Below are positions 24,466-36,400 of a stretch of 64,000 nucleotides of DNA, one piece after another (within the stretch, counting starts at the first letter, position 1; every line of letters starts with the position of its first letter). The stretch is taken from the NCBI GenBank assembly GCA_905178155.1, contig CAJINV010000008.1, forward strand, positions 496,001-560,000, in the 5' to 3' direction. A program made the translations under genes and the position numbers. This DNA comes from Amoebophrya sp. A120. Its lineage: Eukaryota; Protista; Dinoflagellata. A model generated the notes under the pieces. The model did not search any database, had not been told where the DNA came from, and saw nothing but the letters and a program-made list of their open reading frames with translations.

Positions 24466-27400
24466 TCAGTCCAGGACCACCTTGAGCGCCAAAAACCCGG
24501 CCAGCCCGGATACCGTCCACCTTTCCGGCGCCTCCCGACTGGTAAGGGTCATGTTCATGACGAAGTTGGTACTGTGTCCCGTTGTACTCAGCGTACCTCG
24601 TCGCGCCAGCGTCTTGTAAATCGGGCACTCATAGCACCCCTTCGGCATTTTGCGGTCGATCATCGGAAGCATGTGCAGTGGGTACATGGTGAAGTACAGC
24701 TGCTTCGGTATTGACGTGTCCAATGCGTGGAATTCCGGGCTCCAGCGCGCGCCCTCCAGATAGATTCCGTACACGTACACCCCGGATTCTGCGGGCGTGG
24801 TGATCTGCGCGGGGCTTTTGTTGTCCAGCACCTCGAAGCCAAACGCGCACCTGTCGATGGCGACGTGCGTCTTCCGCGCGAAGTTCTGTAGCGAACCCGT
24901 GAAGTAGGCCTGCGGGAAGAACAGACCGGAGAGCCACAGGCAGCTTGGCACCTTCACGTCCACCCAATTCTGGATGAAGTCGATGCGCTTGTTGAGGTCC
25001 TTCGTCCAGAAGGATAGAGGCATCAGGGAGAGGAATCCAACACTGCCAGCCGGCGGTGCGGAAAACATGTCCGGGACTAAGTTGTTGTACATCGAGTTGG
25101 CCATGGACAGCAGGTCTTCGCTCATCGCGACAAACCCCTTCAACGCTCGTCGCAGCGTCGGGAGGAACTTGTGCATGATGCTCAAAAGTCGGTTGTACTT
25201 CAGGGCTTCCTGCTTGATCACGGTGTTGGTCGACTCCTCGTAAAGCGTTGGAAACCGCTATCCTGAGTAAAAACGTACCCACACCAGAGTCAAGATGGGG
25301 AATCGGCTAGACAAATCCACAAGTTTTGGCTGTTTTGCATGACAAATTTGGACTCGTACTGTAGTGCTGTTTGAGCTAGCTCAGGAGCATCACAGATCTA
25401 GCATACCATGCTGATTGGAGCATGACAAATTGCAAAGCACGACTATAAAACGCTTCTCATGGGGCTCCGCATGAGAAACATTTTCAGCATGCAGATTTGC
25501 ATTACAACTATGGGGTGGGTACGTTTTTACTCAGGATAACCGCTCTTCGAGGTATTCCATGTCGAACGGCTGCGGCGTGTTCTATCACAGTGAAAAATGC
25601 CCCCCACCCCTGAACTTGCAAGAATTTGTGATGCGAAGTTTCCAAATGAAAGCTTTTTGTCATGCATGAAAGGAGTGCGAATCTTTCTGATGCAGATTCC
25701 AGTCGTGTTTCGCATCGCTTGCATGACAAGTACCGCTCTTGCTGGGATCTTTTGCAACACAAATTTTTGCTATTCACGATCGGAAATCTGTGATGCTGAT
25801 ACACGCAAGAGGGCGAATGTTTCATTTGGAAAGATTTGCAATACAAATGCTTTCACGTTCGGGGGTGGGGGCATTTTTCATTGTAATATGTTCGCGAGCA
25901 GGTTTTCTACCAGCTCGTCAATCACCTCTTCGCGGCTCGCGCCCTTGCCGCCACCCGACCGCGGAGCCATGGAAAGAATATTCGCGAGCAGCAGCCGCGC
26001 TTGCTCCTCTGCGTAGGTGATGTTACCTGATCAATCATGATTTTCAATTTTGGTTCTTTCGAAAGAACGTAAGTACCTTCTAAATGCGTATGCGCCGGCC
26101 CGATTGGAGGACATGCATTCAGGTAGACCAACATCAGAGACCATGCTCCCAATCCCACGACCACCTTGGGGATGAATTACTTTTGCAGCAAATAAACAAA
26201 GCTTTCATTTACAGTTCTCGTGCATTCCAAACGCTTCTGGCGTTGGAATGAGCGGTAACGTCTTGATGTAGTCCACGAAGTCCTGTTGACAGGTTGCGTC
26301 TGGGCAGTAGTAGATGCCGGACTCCGAAAATTTGTAGCCGCTGCCTTGCTCGATAAGTTCTGGACGGATGTACATGACAAGAATCGCCGAGGCCAGAATC
26401 TTATCCTGTGCGTCGGTCACTCGCCCGCCATAGTTAATCTTTGAGCCCAGGTAGTTCAACACCTGATATTTTTTTCTCAAAGCGATCTTGGCTAAACGAA
26501 TCTCTTTACCATGTTATAGAAAGACCCGAAAAGTTGAAGTTCATACATGTTTGTTCAGAAGTAGCACAGGAATAAACTCGAAGTCAACATCGATGATCGG
26601 ATCCATTGATATTTATAGTATTTTTTTAAACCTTGTATGGCACATCCTCGTATTTGTCCAAGAAGTGCTTCGCCTGCCTCCTGCATGTGGCCAAATCTTC
26701 GTTCGTGAATCCGTACGGAATGTTCCACCCGATCGGCCCAAACTTTCTTCTTTCCTGCACAATGGCGTGAAAGTAGGCGAACGCGAACATCACCTTCTTG
26801 AACGCGGACGGGTTAGAGCAGTCGTCCAGCATCTTATCGTCCAATCGTGTGAACGTGTACATCAAGTTCGCCTTCAACCCCGCGGGAGGTTCGTTCGTCA
26901 TTTTGACCCCGTTTTGGAGAAGAAGCGCTGGGAACGCCGGCGAGGGCATCGAAGTGAGCCACAGGCGGTAGTCTGGGTTCACCTCTTCCGGGTTCAGCTG
27001 CTCGCAAATCCGCTCGAGCTCAGGCATCCACGAGATGGCCAAGTGACAATTCTGGAGCAATACCCAGCCGCCCTGTTTTATGTGATTCGAACTTGAAGAA
27101 GAAGAGAGAACTACACATACTAAAAGGAAACTGATCAATGATAATGGTACATCGACGATCATCATCGCGATGATTTGAAACGGCGCCTCTTGGCACGCCC
27201 AATTATCGTCGTGGTCCCTTAATACCTTTCCGTCTAAAAAATGCAGCTGCAGCAGGTATTGATGAACATTAAATCACCATTATGCATGACAGACGCGAAG
27301 ACCTACTAGTACCCAGCGTATAGATACTTCCTTACCTTTGTCTTCGCTTCCTCGATCATTCTTGCTGCTTTCGGCCCCTGTCCCTGGCCGAGGGAGATGG

Positions 27401-30400
27401 AAGAGAGCATGTTTGCCTTGCCGCACTCCTCGGCGAACGCGAGCATTTCTCCGACCGGATCGGAACCCGTGACCAGCACGAAGATCAAGGGCGTGAAGGC
27501 CGTGGAGTCTCCGTACGACGTAGCGATGTCAAAGGTCGGTGGCTCGACGAATTTGCCGCCGATGGCTTCGGTGATGAAATTCGTGATCGCGGGCACGAGC
27601 TTGTCCAGCCGGATGGTGCGAAGCACGAGCAACTTCTGAAACGTGATCAGCTTCTCGTTCCAGACCCCCGGCAAGGGCACCTCGTGGGCCTCCGGCGTGT
27701 CGTAAATAACCTTCCACGCCGCCGGGTCGTCGCAGACCGCCTGCGCCACGCCCTTGAAGGCGGGTAGCCTGTCGACCGTCAGGATCTCGTTCCAGCAGAC
27801 CCCCGAGATCCAGCTGGGGTCCGGATTGGGCAGCCCGTCGTCGACGTTCACCGTGGGGCCGGTCAGCAGAAACCGCAGCTCCGTGAAGTCCATCTTCCCG
27901 TCGCCCTGCAGCAAGCGCAACGCGAGGGAGAACGAGAACATGGTTTTGTGCTTCTCGAACAAAGCCCGGCACACGTTGTTGTACAAGTTGTAGGTGAAAA
28001 AATCCTTCAAAATTTCGAGCCGTTCCTCAAACACCTTCGCGGCCGGCGCGTTCTCGACGGAAATACCGAAAAGCATCTGGAACCACTGCAGTGAAAATTG
28101 GTACATGGGGTCAATCTGAATCAACTCCACGACGCAGAAGAACAGAACCGAGGCGCGAAACGCGACCGGAATGTACCCGGCGCGCGCAACGTCGATTTCC
28201 CTCTCGGTCACCTTTCCCTCCTCGACCTTCTTGTTGATCACGTTTATCCCACAGAAAAAAGCTGGCAGGGCATATTTGTAATGCAAAAACATTTACACAG
28301 AAAAAATTGTCATGGGTGGCCCCATAGCATGCTGTTTCGGATATGCAATGCAGATTTTTTTGTGTATTTATTTTTGCATTACAAATATGCCCTACCAGCT
28401 TTTTTCTGTGTGATAACGTTGGCGGCCTGCTTCGACTGCGCGAGCGTGTTGATCAAGGTCTCGTCTATCGCGGGCAAAAATCCCCCCTCCCCATATCGAA
28501 AAGGTACGTCGCAGAAAATTTGCAATGCTGATTTGCGGCCACAGATGATCTCTGTCTTGCAAGAAGGCAACTCCACAGGCTCCGCCGCATTATTCGGGCG
28601 GTTTGTGATGCTGTTTGGCCTACAGCGCAGACGTTTCTCATGCTAAGTGCCTAGGCCAAAACCTCTCCACTCAGGCTTGATGTGGGCCTGCAGTCCTCTT
28701 CAGCAAGACATTTGTGTACTCAAATCCAGCATCACAGATTTCGTTTTCGATATGGGGAGGGGGGATTTTTCCTTTTGATATCGTCCTCCAAGATGTTGCC
28801 ACCAGACGCCGCGAGCAGCCTGAGAATCTCGTCCTCGATTTCTTTCAGCTGCTTCTTCATCTCGGCGGAGTCCTTCACCAAAGCGGACTTTTTCTCCTCC
28901 AACTCCGGTGCTTCCTTCGCAACCACGATCCCGAGCATCTGGCCCTGCAAACCGTCCTGCGTGATGGCGAAGTTGAGAATCGTGACTTTCACGGAAACTT
29001 CGGGTGGGTAGTGCGGGTTGGACAGATTTGTGGTCACGAAAAACTTGAACGAATCCATGTAGGTGACGTTCTTGTCACCGAGCTTGATCACGTAGCTCCC
29101 GCCGTCCTTGACTTTCTGCTGCATCAGAATCGGCTCCAGTGCGGCATCGAGCTCCTCACCGACGTTCTCCAGGAGAATCCACTTCCCGAATTGAATGCCC
29201 AACTCGAGGACACGCAGGAAGTTCGGGTCGGACAGCTTGCAGGTCTCAAACCCGCCCTCGGAAACCTTCTTGCCGTACGCCTTGATGTAGGCGTTCGCCT
29301 GCCTTTGCGGGTCGATCATCAGCGGCCACCGGCGCGACTTGTCGATGATAATGGCGTTTTGGATAGACAAGTCGTCGTTCGGCAGTCCGTAGACCGTCCA
29401 CTGTTCGATCTTGACTGGCTCACCGAGCACGTCGACGATGCCGCACTTCTCGCTGCGCGGAATCTTCAGCGCTTCCAACCCAATTTTTGCCCATTCTTCA
29501 GTCATCTGGTCGCGGTAGACACCACTGAAGATACCGAGATAGGAGAGGGCACCTGCAGTAAGATAGATGTTGTCAATAGACAAAGTACCGAACTGATTAG
29601 ATAAAAAAAGTACTAAAGGCGAATTCCAGTGATGCAAAGACAAAGAGTTGTTGTACAAAAGAGATTCAACAAAAATAGGCTCACCAGCGGTCATGAGGCA
29701 GTCCCCAGGCAGCAAGCCCAGCTTTCCCTTCAAGTCTGCAACGGTTTGAATCCAACGCGCCTTCTCACCACCGAGACCGCCGATCAGCTTGTTGGCGCGC
29801 TCCAGCTTGACGATACACATGTCGCTGTCATCCTTCAGTTGCTTCTGCTTCGCCACCGCGGCGTTGAAGTTGTTCTCGAGGTCGGTGAGTTTGTCCATGA
29901 TGCCCTTCAGGGTGTCCTGTGCCTCTTTCAGTTCTGCCATGGTCTTCGCGAGCACCTCCTCCGCCCCGCGAAGCTTTATTCTCTTGGGTTCCACGGCCAG
30001 TGCCACGTAGTGGTACGTGTGCATCGCTCGGCACCACATGCACAGCGCCTCGCACGCGACGGACGCTTTCTTGATCGCTTCAGGCTGGAAACCCTCGTCG
30101 TCGATGTACTTTTGAATGCCCTTGATCACCTTATCTGGGATGTTGTCCTTATCGAAATCGAAGAGATCCTGTAAAAGTTTCTTTGGATCAGCCAACAACG
30201 ACCCCTTTGAGACATCCCAGTAGTCCGCGACTTTCTTACCGGGCGCGCCGCTCGGATCGGCAACCTATTGAACGGAAACATCCCCCTCCCCATATCGAAC
30301 AGGTATGTTTCCGAAAATTTGCGTTGGTGATTTGAGCCCTATTTCCGCCTGATATCCGTAGGCCCCGTTGGTGATTTGAGACCACAAATCGCGTCTGTCT

Positions 30401-33400
30401 TGCAAGAAGACAGGCGCAAAGGCTTCCGCGCCATTATGGAAGCGATTTGGCATGCTGTTGGGCATGCTAAGTGCCGTTTTCAATGCTAAACAACTGGACC
30501 CAAGCGCCCCTATCGAGGCTGAGGATCTGGCTGCGATGCCTTACTGCAAGACAGCGCGCGTTTGTGTGCGGAAATCCAGCATCAGAAACTTCGTCTCGAT
30601 ATGGGGAGGGAGGATTTTTCCTTACGATACAACCATTTTCGGCTTCAGCTCGAACATGACGCACATCGCCTCCATATCCTGTGTAAAAACGTCCCCACCC
30701 CATAGTAAGTTGTCATGCTAAACAAAATGCAGCACACTTTTCCACCCCATTGCACCATGGCCGCAGAGCTTGACGCGCCGGGCGGGTCGGTCAGGCGGAC
30801 ACCAAAGTGCCATCGTCGTAGTTGTCATGCAATTCTGCATGCTCAAAATCTTTCTCATGCGGAGCCCCATGAGAAGCGTTTTCTAGTCGTGTCGTGGAAT
30901 TTGCGGCGCTCCAATCAGCATAATGCGCTAGCTCTGTGATGCTGCTGAACTAGCTAAACAGGATTACTATAGTAATCCGAGGCCAAACTTGTCATGCGCA
31001 ACAGCCAAAGCTGGCTGATATGTGTAGCAGATTTCCCATCTTGACTATGGGGTGTGGACGATTTTACTCAGCATACTCCATGGTCAGTTTCACACCCGCG
31101 GGCGGGGAGCCCAAGGCCTTCACCTCCTGCAAGTGGGAGAGTTTCAGGGATTGCAAGCACTTCACGGCGGCGTCCAGCGCTGGCAGAGCCTTATCCAAAT
31201 CTCTCTGTGCGTCGTCCTTAATCTCCTGCGCCTCTGCCGCCTGGATTTCGGCGGCCGCGGCCTGCTTGTCTACCACTTCTTTGGTTTCCTCCGCGACTTT
31301 CTTGTCCCGTTGAATCACCACCATCATCTCGGCCACTTCTACGGAAGTTTTCTCCAACACAGGCTGCAGGTCCGTGAGCTCTTTCTCCATGACCGCAACC
31401 TGCTCCTCTGCGGAAGCGAGTTTGTCCAAACCGGATTGGAAACGGTGGATCAGCGTGTTCACCTCTTTCGTTTTCATGTCCAAGACCTTCTTGAAGGAGT
31501 TCAGCAGCTCCAGGTAGGAGGTGGGCGTCACGTACGACTTTCGCTTCAGCTCGTCGAAGAAACGAAGGGAGCCACGCTCCACAGACTGGTGGATTACCTT
31601 GAAAGTGTTCAGCACACCGTCCATGGTGACGCCGGCCAACTTGCTGCTCACTGCGTCCGGTCCCTCGCCGGCCATCTGCTGCTTTGCGACGTTGTACAGT
31701 GCCTCTGCCGGCCACTCCATAAACCAATCGATCGTACAACAGTTCACGAGTGCTGGTATTTTGGTGGAAAAAAAGTTTCAAATGAGCTCACAGCGGCAAT
31801 GGTGCAGCTGCAAATGAACTAACTACGGAAGTGGTAAAAGACATTTCCAAAAAGAACGTGCATCGTTGCAGAATCATCATCATCATCATCATCATCGCAT
31901 GCAGAAAGCAAGGCTTGCTACCTGGAAACATCAACAATCGCCTCGCAAAAGCATCTCCTAGTGGCGAGAAGGCCAAGACGACATGGAGATTCTTCTTGAC
32001 CCGCTGGACGTAGCAGTTGAAGATGTTGGTCTTCGTCGGCGGAAGTCCTGCTTGCGATGCTAAAGCTTTGCAGGAGCCAACGATCTGGTCCATCTCTTCG
32101 GACGGGTACAAGTTGGGAACATCCCCGGAGTTCAGGATGTTGCTCATGGCCTCGATGAACTGTTCCTTCACGATTTGCGTATCGCAGAACAGGAAGGTGT
32201 TGGTCTGTGATAGATAAAGCGGTTTCCTTTTCGCTTCAAGAATCAGTATCAAAATCAATAATGCAAGTTCTTGTTCTGTAGCTCAAGGACAAGGAGCGAT
32301 GAAATAAATAAGAACACGCAGCGGCCAGCACCGCACTAAACGCTTTACGCAATCGTACGACACAAGCACAAAAAATCTGTGCACAACAAAATCGACTTGA
32401 ATTGTATGTACCTTATCCTGCACGCCGCACTTCTTCAGGATCGTCCTCAAGTCCTCCTTGAACTCGTTCCAGCCGTAGCCCTTGCCGACTTCAATCTGGA
32501 AAGTGGGGAAATCCCTGGTAAACGACGCTAAGCGCGTCAGAGACTGCCTCCCGGAACCACCGACACCGAGCAAGAGCGCGTTGCCGCTGGGCATTCCCAG
32601 CACGCGGCCGATGCGGCTCACGTGTTCGCAGGCGTCCGTGAACATCACCAGCGGCATCTGCAGACTGGCGATGTTGTTGTAGTCGTCGAGGTAGGACTCG
32701 ATGATCTGTTTCATTTGGTCCATGTCCGGGATCTCCACGTAAAACCGCGGGTCGGCGCCGGGGATCATGAAGTCCCCGAAAACCAGCCGCTCCTTGTCGA
32801 AGATGTTTTCTTCCTTCACGCCGCCCTTGATGTCGGGAAGAAGCTCGATCAGGGTCTGTTTGAACCAGTCCTTGTCTTCGTGGTTGATGAACCGGTCGGA
32901 GAACACACGGAAGTTTTCGTGGAACCAGCACTTGATCACCATGGTCTGGTCATTCACCTTCTTGGGGTGCAGGTTGCTCACGCCCTGGAAGACCTTCCAC
33001 GTGTCACGCAAGTTAAACACGTAGTGGCACTTCGCGGGGGTGGGAAGGAGCGTCTCGGTGACCATGTCGAAGATCTTCACGCTGCTCTTCACCAGCGGCT
33101 CGACCAGGGTCGGAATGCCGCCCTCGAAATTGGCGAGAAAATAGCCTAGAGTCGTTTTGAAGATCGACTCGATACTGCTCGCGGACAGGTCCGCGCACAC
33201 CAGGGTGTTGTAGTGGCGACGTAACCGGTTGGTGGTCACAGTCTTACCGCCACCGGGCGGACCCATGCACGAGAGCCAGACAATGTCGATAATCTGCAGA
33301 AAAACAAGCTCCTTGCGGTTGTACCTGTCATGGCATGTAGGAAATAGAGCACATACAACTGAGTAAGAAGCCATTTGCGCGACCGGATCATGCGTGTGCC

Positions 33401-36400
33401 TACCCTGGTGTATCATGAAACGATGCAAAAAGTAGTAAGTACTTACGATATATGGCTTGCTGGCTATTCATTGTTCGGACATAATGAATAAGACAGCGAA
33501 CTCAACAAGTACTTTTCACAGATGAAAACTGTGTACCATCCTCCGTGATCCATCCACATGCGGATGAGTTCGATCGGCGGCTGGGCGCCGTAGAACTCCT
33601 TTTGCGGCATGTTCAAGTCATCCACAAACAGGACCAGCTTCTTCCCGGCAGACGGGCCGTACACCCCGCGCCGTCTCTTTTCCAACTTGGAGTCGATCAG
33701 ATCCTGGAACTGGTTCACCTGCGTCTGCGCGGAGAAGTTGATAAAGACGGACTGGATGAAGTCCGGCGCGTTCTTTTGCAGGTACTGGGCCATGAGGATG
33801 GACTTCCCGGTTCCCGTGTTCCCGGGAATCAGCACGTGCCTCTCGTTCTCGACCAGCCTGGACGCCGTGAACATCATGCGAATGGAGTCGGTCGTGGGCA
33901 CGACGATTTTGTCGTACTCGGCGCGGGGCGGGATTTGAAATTTCGGCACGGTGTCGTCCCACTTCACCCACTTCTTCTTTTCCACGTCGTAACACATGTC
34001 GTAGATGTTGGTGCCCTCCTTCAGCGAGAACCCGGAGAGCTCCGCTGTGTGGGCGTTGATCAACCCCCAAGCTTCCTCCGAGAAGTGCGGCCGGGTGGCG
34101 GCCGTGATGGACCCGCCCAGGCCCCAGGCCAGGCAGAAGACGAAGATGTTCGGGAAGATGGTGCTGGCGAAATCCTCGATTTCCGCATCGGTTGGCGTTT
34201 TCGCTTCGGTGACCTCGTAGTCAACCAGGAAGGTGGCAAAGAGCCGCCAGAACGCGTAAACCACTTGGTTCGTCTCCGTGCCCGACGGCTCGGCGCACTT
34301 CTTGTAAATGCATCGGATGAGGGGCATGTGGAAGTTTGTCAACAGGCTCGCGAACTTCTCGCGCACGTTGTTTCCGATCAGCTTCGGGAAGTTCGGCTTC
34401 ATGGAGTCGATCAGCGGTTGCGTACCCAGTGCGACCGGCTCCATGTAGACCATGCCGCACCGGGACACGGTGGCCGGGGAGGCAACGGAGAGATCCTCGA
34501 CCTCGAACTGGATGCGCATAAAGGGGGTGAGCGAGATGATTTCACCCGAAGTTAGGCAAAGCTTTTTGTTGTCATCCAGCACGGTGTTCATCGACTCGAT
34601 CCAGAGCGCGTCGACCGGCCCGTCGAACATGATCCATTGGTTATCATCGCTTCCCGCCTTCCCCGCTTTCACGGCGATCCTGACTTCCTCGGCCGCGATG
34701 CCGTCGCTCCACTCGTGCGTGACCTCATCGAACGCCCCGTAGAGTTGCGTTTGCGTGATGGCCTTCGGGTTGATGATGTAGATGTTGGTCACTTTGAAGT
34801 AATCCTCGTTGGTTGTCGGGGCGAGCTGCGTCAAACTGTGCGCCAGCACGCGGTAGTTCTGCGTTTTCCCGGCCCAGGTGGGCCCGACGATCATCATACC
34901 GTGGCGGACGCGGATCGTATCCATCAACTGGATAATCTTCTCGATGAACCACGCCGTCGGCTGCAGGTTGAAGACCTGCTTGCAAGTCTTCTCCAACTCG
35001 GTGAAAAGATCCCCGTAGTCCACGACGGGCCGGGGCGTGTCCGGAAACAAATCACTGATGATGTTCTCGAACAGCGGCAAATCGTCTTTGAGAAACTTCG
35101 GCACGTTCACGTCCCTGAGTGCGCGCAGCTCGATCTGACTCTCGTCCATGTCGCCGAAGTTCTTCTTCAACAAACCGCATGCCTCGATACTCGTCTTCAC
35201 GGCACGCATCCCGTAATCGTAGTGGTCCTGCGAGGAGAGCTGTTCCGAGGAAAGTTTGAAGGTGTACACCATCTTTCGTGCCAGCAAGCGCGCCGCGTCG
35301 AACCCGAAGGCGTAGAGCATAATCTCCGCGATCAGGCCGTAATCCGGCACCATCATTGCCATGGGGCGGAACAAAGCCGCGAGATTGTCGGGGAGCTCGG
35401 TACGCCCGGCGTAACCGGGGTTCATCGTGATAAACACGTTGAACGTTGGGTACATCTGGATCATGCTGCCCTCGAAGTCCAACTCCTTGGTGTCACTGTA
35501 ACTGGCCAGCTCGGACTTCGCGCCGAAGAGGATCAGCAGTTGCTGGGCGATCACCGACAGCACCTCGATGTAGATTCGGTTGAACTCATCGAAGCAGCAC
35601 CAGGCACCACAAGAAGCAAGTCCCTTGAAGAATTTCCCGACCATAATGTAGTCCATCTCCGGACTGCAGTTGAACACCACACACTGCTTCGCCAGTGCTT
35701 TCGCCAAATCCTGTTGGTGATTTTCGGCAAATTCTTCAAATGATTTTCGTGCAGACGAGCACGAGATGATGAAGCTACTGTTTTGATCAAACAAATCAAA
35801 ATTTCGGGCGTATAGATATAGTCCTACAAATGAAAGTACTTAACAGAGAACATGGTGATACCTTCGTCGTCTCCGTCTTCCCGGTACCGGCCGGCCCAGC
35901 GGGGGCGCCACCCAAGTTCAACGATTGCGCACCCATCAAAGTGATGTAGCACATATCGGTGAGGGGCGTGATCACCAACCTAAACGAGTTACCCAGGTAT
36001 TCGTAGCCATAGGGGAACTCGGTCTGCACACACTTCACCCACAAGTTACTTCTGTTCTGCGACGTCTCGTAGCCGGCGTGCTCCTCGTTATGCTCCCAGT
36101 AGTACCGCAACTGCGAAATCCACTCGAACGCCTCCTCGTCGTTCACCCCCTCCTCGACGAACTTTTCCACCACGTCCTTTGCGTGCACATCCAGCACGAC
36201 CAGCGCCCCGATGGAGGTGCGTTGCGCTTTCGTCAAGCCGCCACGAACCAGGAAGACGAGGTCCAAGATTTGCTTGCCCAGATTCGCCGCGTGTTGCGCC
36301 ACCGTGCCCTCCCCGAACGACTCTTCGGTTTCGTCCGTCCAGTACACCTGCGAGCCGTTCAGCACCGTCTGCGCGGCGTGCTGCAGCACCCACTCCTTCC

